This document shows positions 12,380-25,200 of a stretch of DNA of 64,000 nucleotides, piece after piece (position 1 is the stretch's first letter; the number at the start of each line of letters is the position of its first letter). The translations under genes were made by a program, and so were the position numbers. Where the stretch lies: assembly GCA_965287045.1 (NCBI GenBank), contig OZ336878.1:106020001-106084000 (forward strand), read 5' to 3'. The stretch is from Carcharhinus amblyrhynchos (lineage: Eukaryota). A model generated the notes under the pieces. That model did no database searches, had not been told where the DNA came from, and saw only the letters and a program-made list of their open reading frames with translations.

Positions 12380-12820
12380 AACCACAGATTCACAGAATTT
12401 CTACGATGCAGCAGCAGTCCATTTAGCTCGTTGCTTGTGCACAGGTTCACCAAAAGAACTTCATTACTTACTCAAATCACCCTGTATTTGCCACATGCCC
12501 CTGCGCATTGTTTCCATTCAAAAAATATTTAATTTTCTATTTAAAGCTCCTTTTGAAACTGCCTCCACAAGACTTCCACGAAGTCCATTCCAGACCCGAA
12601 AAACGTTGAACTCGTTTGCCTTGCTTTGCATTTTCTTTTGGAATTCTGTTCAAAACTATACCCTTGTCACTTTGATCTTCATTTTACAGGAGTTGGAATT
12701 TCATCCCTTTGGACTTTCTTAATCACGACCATGATTTTAATCATCTATATAAAATCTTCTCTGACGCGCTTCGCTCCGATGAGAACAGCCCCGGCCTATA
12801 CAATTTACCCATGCAACTGA
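12380..12820 (-). mobile_element. Decayed CR1 3' region
   Basis: cacagattcacagaatttctacgatgcagcagcagtccatttagc tail-like start and later tctatataaaatcttctct...gagaacagccc, collinear with other CR1 copies. Confidence 0.5.
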
Positions 12821-13808
12821 ATATTCTGAACTTTGGACGCATTGTTACAGGAGCTCAGTAAAGCACATTTGTTATCAGTGGCGTGTCGTGACCGAGTTCC
12901 GAGTCAGACGATTTATTTTCCGGTGTCTTGTTTTGGATATAAGAACAGCATTTCTTGGCAAATGGGGCTGCGTGTGGTGGGGCGATTGCTTTCGAATTTG
13001 TACTGCTGTTGGATGACGTTTCTTGCCTTGAATTTAGGAGATCTTGAAGTTTTTTTTTGCACCTTCTTTTGGGCATAAATATACATACATGCTTTGCCCA
13101 CATCTTCACAATATAGGAACCAGGGAATAAATTATTTTCGCTGTCGAATGAGATCATTATCCTCAAGTATTAGCCGCCTGAACTAGGCAAGTGCTGACCT
13201 GGTATGTTGTAGCACAAGAAAGGCTTTGCGACATTTAGCCACATTCCTCCAGACTAAATTCCATCAATATGCAAAATGGAATACTTTTATCAGGGACTTC
13301 AACAACTCATATCGTTCAATGGTCATGGCAGTTGGCAGTATGCATGCAAAGTTATTTGGGAGGACTGGGCAGGAACTTCGTTCGATAGAATTGAGTGAAT
13401 TGCTTATTTTCCACGTGTTTTGGAAACAAAAAGACTTGATACTGAACAAGCGTACAAATTCTGATTGAATGCATGCAAACGTGCCAGTTGCATACTAGAG
13501 CTCAATAGTTGGCATTAGAACAAATATATTTTACAATACTGTTAAGTTAGCTTTGAAGCCGTCTAATAAGATAAAGACACCAATATACTAGAGCAGCAGA
13601 ATTTATACAAAAACACAGGCACAAACGTTTCAAAGCTAAAGTTGCTATCATGGAGTTAACTTGAGGCAATGTAAAGTACCACAAGTCACTGTTCAGGCAC
13701 CCGACTCCCCCGACACTTTAGTCGAAGGAACACGTCTCATTTTTTTTTCACTGTAAAATGGTGCACTCTCTCCGCATAACTTATCTACATTGGTAGACAG
13801 TGGGCCTA

Positions 13809-14454
13809 TGTTATCGGACAACAAATTTTATGAAATTCGTCACACAAAATGGAAGCAAACTAAAGCTATCCTCAGAGCCCTCCTTAAAATCACAAAGCAA
13901 CAGAAACTGATCAGTAGACAAGAGCATGCTTTTAGAATGCAAATGAGGGCTAGCACATAAGGGAAATTGGACAGGATGGCACCTACAGGAACTAAATTAA
14001 AGAACACATCCCCAGCCCATCAAAATCAGCACTTGTAAACCAGTCAAACAACCCATGGAGACACCTAAAATTAACACAGTTAAGGAAGCGTCGTGGGCCC
14101 CTCAAAACTCTTGAGATCAATAACACACCTATGGTTCAAACCCCAGAAATTCTAGACCATTGATAACCAACCAGACAAAAACGATTAACACACACTTAAA
14201 ACAATTGCTTCAACACTCGAAAACATCGAAACAGGATGGCTGAAGTCAAATACTGTAAATAAAGGATTAGCATTTGAAACGCGAAGTTCAGGTATAACCG
14301 TAGCCCTTTGTGGGGGAGTCTTTAGAGCACCTTCGAGACAGTCCGATTGTATGGCCTGACTGTGCTTCTCCGTCGACGTAAAGAAAATAAAGCTGTGCCG
14401 TTATTGAACTTCACCCTGAGTCCGTAGTGGTCGTTTCGCCCACTCGCGCTAACA
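13809..14454 (+). mobile_element. Candidate solo LTR (646 bp; ERV- or Gypsy-type)
   Basis: Termini TGTTA...TAACA. Flanks ccta (13805-13808) and cctg (14455-14458) form a 4-bp TSD with one mismatch. TATA-like tataac at 14293 and AATAAA at 14386-14391, about 63 bp before the end. Confidence 0.6.
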
Positions 14455-15206
14455 CCTGAAAATTTCCTACAAAAAAATAAGTAATCGAACAAAAAATTTA
14501 TGAAGAGCTATATTTCAGAACCTCTCTGTCCTCCTTTCTGATTCTGAAGATGGACGTTTAAGTTAGTTTAATAGCATTATTTCGTTCATGTGAATTCGTT
14601 CATCATGGTCTTACCAGTAACGTAGCATTTTAGCACTCAGAACAATAGAGTTATCAGCAAAGGGTCACAATTAATGTGTAGTAATTGGATTGATGCATTC
14701 ACAGATGATGTCAGTCAACGATTCTCTTTATATATTTTTGTTTTCGTCTCAGTTCTCCGAAGAATTTGCCACAGAACAGGAGGCTTGAAATCGAATTGAA
14801 ATTAAAAAAATGTGCTAAAAATCATGGAATATTAGAATTATAATAGTTGTCACGAAACAATCAATAGATTTGCAGTGGACATATCTTTTCCTGAGGCCAG
14901 TTGAATAGCAAATGGTGGAAACAGGATATACATATTCAGTTTTACTTTCGTGAATCTCACCCGAAAGCATCCGTTGGTCAGGATCAACGGAATATTGGAA
15001 AGTTATAGTTCGTCTAACATTCTTAGCTGGTAAGAAGCTCCGTTCATTTCAAGACGATGCACATTTCAATTAAGCTTCGACGGCACCACTATGAATTACA
15101 GGCTGAAGAATGAAATGGAACGGGAATACTCTCCAGGCCAGAAGTTTTTGATAACGTTTTGCATGCTCATGATATGTGTCCTCCTTCTTTATATTGAGTG
15201 ACTTAC

Positions 15207-15332
15207 CATCCATAGTAGATAGAAATAAATGCATTTTGTCAAGATAGAGAGGGAAAACAATCATATATGATGCCTTTGTGAGAAATATCCTCTCTCTGAA
15301 GATGCTGCAGTAGCCTTTGACAATGAAATCAC
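15207..15332 (-). other. Candidate 126-nt phase 1-1 exon (xDFIVKGYCSIFRERIFLTKASYMIVFPLYLDKMHLFLSTMDx)
   Basis: gagtttttacag| acceptor and atg|gtaagt donor. Open frame of 41 full codons, outside recognised repeats. Confidence 0.3.
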
Positions 15333-15479
15333 CTGTAAAAACTCTTTTTTTCCCCCTATGACAGCAGTTTGCTGCCCCATGTGGTAATTATCAGGAAAAC
15401 GTTGGGTATAGCAGCAAAGTAACCACCTACCAGTAAACAATAGCGGCATGTAAACAATTCACAAATGTTACTTCCTTTT

Positions 15480-16000
15480 TCCACCGTGTCAGATAATCTA
15501 ACCCTTGACCATGAAGACAACACGTTGAAAATGGAATAGTAACTACAATAGATTGGTTCACAAAACATTCAGAGAATTGCTATCTGTTGGGACTAAGATG
15601 ATGGTTTATGAAACTTGCGTTCTTGATACAGTTTTTTCTATTGATGTGAGTTCGGAGAACTTACAAGTATGAAGAAAGAAATTGCAAGAAGTCATCGTAA
15701 ACACATGGAAGTTCAAAATCACAAAATGCCATTTCGTTCAAGGGGAGCATATTGCCTATATTCTTGCGCATACCGGGAAAGGTATGCTTCGCTGGATCAA
15801 GCGTGTGCACAGGAGAGATTATTCTAAAGGATTTTCTGTATTCCCGCATTAACATTCATAAGCCCAGTGTAATGCCCAAAAATTGGTTTCAAGAATTGTT
15901 GCAAATATAGCATGTGTGATATCAACGTTGATTTCCACTCATGAGTCGATACTAGACCGCTACAAAAGAACAAGACGGCGTCAGCAAGGGTGTAGCATCG
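15480..16000 (+). mobile_element. Decayed RTE-clade LINE, C-terminal region
   Basis: TKMMVYETCVL and MLRWIKRVHR...KDFLY resemble the RTE motifs TK.MVY.ACVLS.LLYG and LRWLGHV.RM...PKD.LY. Confidence 0.5.
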
Positions 16001-16927
16001 TAGTAAACTTGACTACAGCAGCTTAACAACATCTAAACAGCCCCACGTAATAGCACTTGCCGCACATTCAATGGGCAAGCCTTGTCCCAAAATCAGTCTC
16101 TCACGACTTGTAATATTCAACTGTGAGCAGAACAAAATTGTTTGAAACTCTCCTAGCCTTAATGCATTTGTTGTATGAATCTCAATTTTGTCAGATGGCA
16201 AGATATGAAGTGCTAATTGATGCAGTGCATACGGATGGAGGTGGATTCATCTTCCTCTTCCTGCGTCTGTGGAACAGAACCTCACTTAAACCGTTGCAGA
16301 TCTTTGCCCTGAAGCACTGAAAAATGCCTGTGGCATATTCTATATTAAACACCTCGATTAAATATGCACTTTCCGTCTTCGAGAAGCGCGTTGCACACAC
16401 AAAAAGAGTTGTTCTTATGTTGTTGCCGTTGCTGCTTTTGACAATCAACTCTTTTTCTGGGTCTCCTGTCAACAGGGGGAAGGAAATATATCTACATTCT
16501 TGTCCTGGCCTGATCCCTCAGAATTCTGAAAAGAGTTTTCAACTTTCTACTGAACCTCCACTACTCAAAGACATATAATTCAAGCATCGTCCATTAAGTT
16601 TTTGCTGTTTCCATACATACTGACTCAATCTAACAAAGGTTGGATATTACAATAGCAAAAGTAAACAAGTACAATTATAGTGGTTCTTGAAAGTTCGCAG
16701 TCCGTTAATTGTTTTTTTTTATTTGCTTTTTCGGACTTGTATCTGGAATTGTATTCCAGATACAATTCGGGAGCAGTATGAAATTAATATTTCAGTCGAC
16801 ATACAACTCACCATAAGAGAAAACATAAAATCACGCACAACACTAAGTTTTCAAGTTTTTCTACTGCTTATGGTATCATGTAATACCAAATACATGCTTT
16901 AGATCTAAAAAAAAAGGTCATACTGAC

Positions 16928-17065
16928 TGCTTCAAAACAGAGCGGATTTAAGAACAATGAGTAACTGTTTGGTTGATCCTATATTTGCAGACACAACCTC
17001 TATTTTTCGAAGCATTTTCTCACCAACATCAGCAAGGAGTTTCTGAAGTCTGTCGGAGTCTAGTT
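16928..17065 (-). pseudogene. Candidate disabled 138-nt phase 1-1 exon (xLDSDRLQKLLADVGEKMLRKIEVVSANIGSTKQLLIVLKSALF*S)
   Basis: Polypyrimidine tract ends cacgg instead of cacag, donor is gtcagt, and there is one TGA near the end. Amphipathic-looking peptide. Confidence 0.2.
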
Positions 17066-18473
17066 CCGTGAAAAGAAACAATAACTTTTGCATTAAAAGG
17101 TAAATCGTTTGACCAACCGGGAAGAAACAAAAAAAAAACAATAATATAAGAAAAATTGGATTTTGGGGGGAAAATCTAAGAATTAATAATCATCACGACG
17201 CATGGTGAAATAAGTAAAGTGGCGAATGTGTGGCGAAACTGTTGAGAGGAATCTGCAAATAATAGAAAATCGATAAGCCACATTGGAGGCGGGTCGGTAA
17301 TCGTTTATTGGCGATTGGATGAGCTATGAAATGTTTGTTTGCCCTCTAGGAGTGCTGTGATTCTAAAGGCAATGGAAAGGAATCCTTCCAAAAAAAAAGT
17401 TTACGATTGTATATCTTAAAAGAGCAAGATTATCGGGACAATTGATAAAATGCAAAACCAAAATACTTAAACATGTTTTCCATTTGTTTGTTTTTTGTTT
17501 AGTTCAGCTGTGGCGAGTGGAGTTTGTACACAATGAATAATCATAGAATAAGCTCTGTAACCAGATAAGTGCCGATGCACCCACATCAGTGCTTGTGGAA
17601 TATATTCATACTCAGTTTTATTGTACCTTTGATAATTCCATAAATTATGAGAGGCAGCATCTCGTTAAGAATACAAACATGTGCCTTCAAAGATATGTCG
17701 GGGAAAAAAATCGCTCCTCAGGGCAAAGACTGTTTTTGACGTAACTATATGGTGGAAGAATTTAACTGGCGTAAAGGGCAGTTGTTGAAAAATCTTATTG
17801 CAGTGCCTTTATTGTGCATTTGAAATCATATCTGAAGCAATTTTAGGGACCATTTAATCCTCGCCATTGATTTCTTAATGACCTTTTGAAATTGTGCATT
17901 CCACAATTGGTTGCTACATTACTTTGGCCAACGCAGGCATCAACAGTTGGATATTTTGAAATTCTAGTTTAAATATTGTAACAGACATTTACTTTCTTTA
18001 GAAACTACAAGGCCACTAATGTTGTTGTAAAATTTCGATAAGTGTCTTGCAAATTCTTCTATCAGGATAATAAAATTACCACGTCATATTCAGTTGACTA
18101 TTCAGTGGATGAAATATTTGCAGTTAGGTAACCTACTGTACAAAATGTTGCAGGGGCTTTTTGATGGCGAAATATTAGCATTGACCGGCATCAAATCTTT
18201 GATCTGACAGAAAATATGACACATCACTGACATAAATTAACGCGTGAAAATGCTAAATTTACATTCTATGATTCATTGTTCTACCTCTGCCCATACTGTG
18301 GAAAACATCCTTCCCTGGCCAGTTAACATGACATCAATTGACGTGACTAAATTTCACCAATGTCATATAATCGTTGAATTGTTATAGCTCAGCAGAAACA
18401 ATTCGATTCATTGGGACAATAATAAATCCGTGTAAGTGAAATCTAGCAAGATTTTCTTTTTTTGTATATCTTA

Positions 18474-18740
18474 ATATAGAACATTGAACATACAAAAACT
18501 ACAGCACAAACAGACCCTTCGGCCCACAAGTTGCATCGATCATATCTTCTACCTACTAGGCTTACCTATTACCCTCAATCCTATTAAGTCCCGTGCAATC
18601 ATCCAGAATTCTCTTAAAAAAAACATCGAATTTGCCTCCACCACCACCGACGGCAGCTGATTCCACTCACCCATTACGCTCTGAGTGAAAAATTTACCCC
18701 TGACTTCTCCTCTGGACCGACTCCCCAGCACCTTAAACCT
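18474..18740 (-). mobile_element. CR1 (HER1-like) LINE 3' end
   Basis: ORF 18549-18731 RGEVRGKFFTQSVMGEWNQLPSVVVEA is the CR1 C-terminus (FFTQRVV..WN.LP..VVEA). Tail atagaacattgaacatac...cccttcggccc. Confidence 0.8.
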
Positions 18741-19269
18741 TTCTTCGAGACAACATTGAACTTGTCTGTGAGTGAAATGACTGATGGTTGTGTTTACAGT
18801 GCCATTTCAGGGGCAGATTATTTTCTTTGTTTTTATTTTATTTTGGTTTAGCAATGGAGAAAAAAATACAACTAGCTTTCCCAGAAACTGAAGGACTTCG
18901 TTCCTGGTACCTTATTTAAATATATTTTGCATTCTCTCTAAATCCTTAGCAGCTTCAATTTATTGTACATTCCAGGATTAGATATCACACGGAAGCAGTG
19001 TTTCATAAAGATTCAGGAGATCTGCATGCTTCTGCCATCTATGTCTCAAAATAAAACTCATAATGGTACGTTAAGTTAAAAAAAAAACTCACGACTGCCA
19101 GGCAATGGAGAACGCACTCCTACAGCCTGCCGTTGAGAATTATGAACGATATTTCCTACTGTCTCTGATCATTCATTCCACCTCTGCTGCGGGAAATCAC
19201 GTACGAAGACATACTTTGTCAATGCGATGATCAAAGATTTCGAGGGCGATGTGTGCATTAAGTTTCAGT

Positions 19270-19564
19270 TATTAGTGTCACAAATGGGTTGACATTAACG
19301 CTGCAATGAAGTTACTGTGAAAATCGCCCAACCACTGCATTCCAGCATCTGATCGGACACACTGAGGGAGAATTTAGCTTGTGAAATGAACATAACGGGC
19401 ACTATTTTCGGACTATGAGAGGAAACCAGAACGCCTGGAGGAAACCTAAGCAGCCACAGGGAGAACATGAAGGCTCCAAATAGATCGTGACCCAAGCCGG
19501 GAATCGAAGCACTGTCCCTAGCATTATGAGGAAGCAATGCTCACTATTGTGCCTCCGTGTCGCC
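19270..19564 (-). mobile_element. V-domain tRNA-derived SINE (HE1-related)
   Basis: Minus strand begins ggcgacacggaggcacaatagtgagcattgc (A-box-like) and has ttcgattcccggcttggg (B-box). Central V-domain-like gaggaaaccagaacgcctggaggaaacc...gggagaacatg read on the plus strand. Confidence 0.85.
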
Positions 19565-20949
19565 TAAAACAAAATCAAGTAACAGCATGCCTGGAAAATT
19601 ATTACGATTGAAATTTTCGTTAATAATAATTTTAAATCATATCCTTTGGAAAATTATTATTAACTTCGTACCTTATTTCGATTCGAAAATCATGTTCAAA
19701 ATTATTATTTTTAAGATCTTCGGGACATTTGGCTTCAACATCCCCAACTGCCTTTCATTGTATTTCGGCCTTATTGTTGTTAATTTCATGGCAGTGATGA
19801 TCCGTTCTCCTAGTTACCAATAGTGGTCAGAGAGTCACGGCCAGACTGTAGAGATGTTTCACATGATGAAGTGCGGTTTTGCGGGCATATACAGAGAGCG
19901 ACTATATGGATTGCTCGGGATTGTTCAGGTCGCAATAGCCATGCAAATGAAGGTTTCCGAAAACTCGATTTAATTGGAAGAAATCTTCAACTTTTCAAGA
20001 CTACTACTGACAAGTGTGAATAGTTGCCGATGAAATATCGGTAGAGCTAACGCCAATTTTATTTCTGTTTTATGTGTTGCACCTCTGACTGGCATCCCCT
20101 CCCCTAACATCCTGCCGTAACTTTTAACCACAGAATGCCCCGCACAGCAAAATAACGACACGCCATATTATTTGAATCAGCAGATCACCTTGTCCAACTA
20201 ACTGTGAGCCAGAATGGTCAATTATTTTTCACTCCTCGCCTCGATGACTTTGAAACTCACAGCCTGAATAATTATTGTCATTACAACTTGGTTCCACCTC
20301 CCCAGAATTCCCTCCACCCTACGGTCAAAATAGCATTGCCATCACCTGATGACCCTCTACGAACATGCTGTGCTGAGAACCGGATTACCACTCATCATTG
20401 GATTAACCTCGATCAGCACACTAAACCAACTACGAAACAATACCAATTTTTTTCATGTCTTTCAGGCTACCTCAACTTCAAGCCCAAGGCCTGATAGCAG
20501 TACGTCTACTCGACTCTATCACCACTCTGGACGTACAGTAGTATTAGGCAGCGCTTCCACCTATGTATGCACTTGAATGCCCATCAGGTTCATGTACCAA
20601 CGACGCACAATCTTCTCAGCACACGAAAGTGGCTAATCCCCAACCCCACAACGATCATCTAAACAACGTGTCTCTTCGACAACCTGCCATCCCTAAATCC
20701 ACCCCTCACCCCCGCCCAACAGACCCCACCCCCACCACCCGAACTCCTGCGCCCGCCCCAAATACCCACACCTTCAACTTCAGCCAATTAAGATTATCTC
20801 AAATTAACTCATAAAGCCTCTTGAATTCCTGACAATAAAAAAGCCCCCAAACTGCCCGAAATCCCCCGACTCATCCAACGCATCTATCTTCTCGCCTGTC
20901 AAATTGACGGTAACTATTATTATTACGGGCTATGTCAGACACTAGCATT

Positions 20950-21821
20950 AAGATCTAGATAGGCTGGGCGAATGGGCCAGGAAATGGCAAATGGAATTTA
21001 ATGTTGGCAAGTGCGAGGTGGTCCACTTTGGTAGGAATAATGGTAGGAAGGACTATTACTTACGGGCGAAAAACTGCAGCAGGCGACGGTGCAGAGGGAC
21101 CTCGGGGTCCTTGTGCATGAGTCGCAAAAACCCAGCCTGCAGGTGCAGCAGGTGGTCAGGAAGGCGAATGGGATGCTGGCCTTCATAGCGAGGGGGATTG
21201 AATATAAAAGTAGGGAGTCTTGCTGCAGCTGTGTAGGGCATTGGTGAGGCCGCAGCTGGAGTACTGTGTGCAGTTTTGGTCGCCGTACTTACGCAAGGAT
21301 ATTTTGGCTTTGGAGGGAGTGCAGAGGAGGTTTACTAGGCTGATACCGGAGTTGAGGGGGGTTGAGCTATGAGGAGAGGCTGAATAAACTGGGCTTGTAT
21401 TCGTTAGAGTTTAGAAGAATGAGGGGAGATCTCATTGAGACGTATAAGATGATGAATGGGATGGATAGGATAGAGGTGGAGAGGTTCTTCCCGCTCAGAA
21501 AGGACAGTAGGACTAGGGGGCACAGCCTCAAGATAAAGGGGGGGCGGTTTAGAACGGCGTTGAGGAGGAACTTCTTCACTCAAAGGGTGGTGAATGTCTG
21601 GAATTCTCTGCCCGTTGAAGTGGTGGAGGCTGCTCGCTAAATATTTTTAAGACGCGGGTTGATGGGTTTTTGATAAAAGAGGGGATTAAGGGTTATGGGG
21701 AGAGGGCGGGAAAGTGGAACTGAGCCACGACAGATCAGCCATGATCTTATTGAATGGCGGGGCAGGCTCGAGGGGCTAGATGGCCTACCCCTGCTCCTAT
21801 TTCTTATGTTCTTATGTTCTT
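20950..21821 (+). mobile_element. Young 5'-truncated CR1 LINE (RT C-terminus, 3'UTR, (ttcttatg)n tail)
   Basis: DLDRLGEWARKWQMEFNVGKCEVVHFG and [28 protein letters not shown]...TRGHSLK...FFTQRVVNVWNSLP. Few lesions. Tail ttcttatgttcttatgttctt. Confidence 0.95.
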
Positions 21822-21895
21822 AAAACAAGATGAATTGTCACTATTCTACTGATAGAATAATGCAAAGGGGGAAAAAAAACAAACAGCAGTACATT

Positions 21896-22221
21896 TTAAG
21901 GAGGCCTATGCCGGAGGTCAAGGCTCGACATATTGAGCTCCTCCTTGGAGTAAGGGACAAAGAGAAAGTTGGTAATTGGTGAAGATTTTCTCTTCGGGTA
22001 CAGCTCGACTCTAATTCTGCCCTTTATTTTTCCTCTGTAATGTAAAGAGTTGTTTGCAAAGTTTAATGATATAGCTACAGTTTCAAGATATGAACCCCAA
22101 TTAAAACGAGGGGCATTGCTTTGCTGGTGAGATAAGCTCGTAATCTGCCGACAAAGAGCTCCATACTTAACCGAGATATGCTCGACTTTAGAAGTCAAAT
22201 GAGTTTCATTGACTTTTTTAT
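21896..22221 (-). other. Candidate exon with 107 open codons in non-repeat DNA
   Basis: Strong acceptor ttattttgcattttag|at aaa aaa gtc... extends ORF-track entry 21896-22198 upstream (xKKVNETHLTSKVEHISVKYGALCRQ...PP*). Product unidentified. Confidence 0.25.
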
Positions 22222-25200
22222 CTAAAATGCAAAATAATTATGTGTGGTGATGAAATGTTGGAATGTGAACTGAAAGTAACCAGTGTGATGAATAGAACTC
22301 CTATCGATGATGTGTGACGTAGGCACCTGCCCTTACAAGTTACAGGTCGATGACTGCAATCAGAAACAATATAAAGGAAGCGAGTTGCCACATTTTTCTG
22401 TCATCAAAACTGGTTCTGTTTTGTCGTATGTTATGGCTAAATATGTAAAGACAATAATTATTACATTTGCAATAAAGAAAACTATGATTGGTAGTATATC
22501 TCACCACTGATCTGACTTCTATTATAAATGAATAATGGTTATGGTGATGATAATACTAAGAATAATGCTATACATTTTATGTTCTTAGTTGAACAGTTTA
22601 AAATTATTAAGAGTTCACTTCTACCAGTTCAAATAATATTTACGAGTTATGCGTGTCTACGTGTGTATTTGCATGTGACTTTGTTTTTATGCGCTTGTAT
22701 TTGTACTTCTCTATATGTTGGTGGTTTATTTGTCTCATATATTATGTTGCACAAAATTTCGCACTGCCATTTAATCCTTCACTGTTTACGTTCAAATTGA
22801 TGGGAAAGGGAAGAACTTAAGGCCATCGATAAAACGTGTTCACCAAAAAATCCAGCTGGATGTTCAGAAAAGAAACATGTATATGGATATTGACGCGAAG
22901 CTGCAATTCGCCATCCCGATCATGGAATCGAGATTGTTGTCAACACTTGCAGAGTGAAGTTCTGGAAACATTTGAGTGAGAAGAACTACGTTGATAGATT
23001 TAGTTTCGAGAATGTAGAGCGGATTCAGTGAAGCATAAACCGTAGGGATTAATTAGGTCGAAAGCCATGTTTCCACACCGCGGAACGCGCTGTGCATCCC
23101 TATGCTTTCCTCTGGAGTCTATTTCGTGAATCATTCACGTTAATGTCAATCTCTCGTGTTTTTAAAGATAGGTCGAACCGTTATTACCTGAGAAATTTTG
23201 GAGTCCTATGCTAGTATCGCCTCCATTTGCTTGGCGTCAGCGCTAACGACGCCAATGAATGTCAGAAACTTCGTAATGAAGCATGTTAATTTTAATTAAC
23301 TTTGATGTCCCACTCCATTCCTCCTTTAATTCAATGCTTTCAACTAGAAAACACGCAAATGTTCTAACGGTAAACAGCTTAAAATCAACAGTTTACTGAT
23401 TTGATAAATGTTAAAGCACCGCGTGCACTACATGTAATGTTATCGTGTTGGCAGTCACTGAATTACGGCGCACTGTAAGATAAATCGCACTCCGCTTTAG
23501 CTTGCGTACAATAATTTCAGCCAATACCAGGTGAAGTCGTTTGTTTTAACAACGCAAAATGTGTTCATAGTTTGGAAGGCCTTTCATACAGCGTTCAACA
23601 TTAAATATTATTAACTGCGTTAAGTGAAAGAAATTACAGAAAACACATCCGATTTTTATCCGAACAGACCAGAGATATAACTGATTATGTTGAGTGCATA
23701 CCTGTAGAAGTCATTGTATCTTTTGTTCAATGATTAAAAACAAAGAGATTGTGGTTATTTTAAATTTGACCACTCTTTCAAATACACTATTTTGCACAAT
23801 TCTACAGAATATCTTTTTATCATGAAAAAATGAAATGTTCCATTGAATTCTATCTAACAATTCGCTATGAATCCAATTATTTCTATTGTAATCGAATAAT
23901 TATGTCCCATAATATAGATAACAGATCAGTGACGATCGCCAGCAAATGCAGTTATTTCTGTGTCTCTCACCAGCGATGTCATTCTGATGGAAATGTAGGT
24001 ATGAATATTTTATTTTATTATGTCATGGTGCGGACTGAACGCCAGTGGGCTATCAGCCAACGGAATTCTATTTCAAGGAGTCGTAGAATAATGAAGTCAG
24101 GTGCGATGTTAAGCTGGCTGACGTTTTATTATAACACAATTTACGGTAGCAATCAATCTGCAGTTAAAAAAAATACCGAAATAATTCCGCAGTCATATAA
24201 AACAATGGGTAATAATGGATAATGGATTATGACGTTATTCCTAAATTTTACTCTCTGTGCTTGATGTGTAAAAATCAGTATGACCGAATTCTGAAAGCGT
24301 CTATTCACATTTCTTTCAAAGGTCGATATGCACGCATTTACTGGTTCTTCCTCCACTTACGATTGAAGATATAGAACCAGTTTGCTGTTTGACATGCATA
24401 AAAAGGCCGGAGAATAATTTTGAAAGTGTTCAAAATAATAGGGTATCCGGTTGACCGAAGTGGAAACCTCGAACACAATGATGATTGATTTCGATAAGGG
24501 GTCAGTGACTAGTCAAATATAATTACTTTGAGATGACATAAAGTGTTAGAAAAGGAAAATTACGTCAAAAAATCTATTATTTTCCTCTTCCTCTTCGCTT
24601 TCAGTAATATGCACTTGGCAACAATAAACCAGCACAGATTTGACCTTGTCTTTCCAGAAAATAAATGCATAACAATATCGTGAGCGAGAGCATGTCTGCT
24701 TGGTCAGATTCATCCAAATTACATTAAAATAAGAAAGAAAAAGGGAAATGTGATACGATAGATGAAAGGAACATTATATAAGAACATGTTTTGTGGAAAC
24801 TATTACCTTTGCCTTTTGCTTTTCAATATTGTCCACTTGCCCGATTTCTTATACCAACTGCTAGGTATTATCCGGATCAAAGCACTGAAGACGACTGAGC
24901 AGGCAAGAGACGATCCTGCTCCTCTGATTAATGCTCAGAATGGAAATTGTGCAACAGTAACTTACTTACATGCAACAGTGACACGAAAGATAGGCTGTGT
25001 TTCATGCAGTAAACACGATGAAACAAAGGTTTAATTTAGCAACTATTTTCCGTCTAAGTTGCAAGTGAGACACCATATTTGAAGTTAAATGGAAAAGTGT
25101 TATCAGTGAGATTGTCGTCAATGTGTGATTTCATACATTTGTTGACGTGGTCCATAAATGCTGACGAAGCGCTAGAATATTTGTGCAAACGTCTAAAGAG

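Noticed and set aside
21896-22221. Ig V-set interpretation of this ORF (W...Y.G..KGR)
   Set aside because: Lacks the DxGxYxC motif and properly placed cysteines. Kept only as an unidentified candidate exon.
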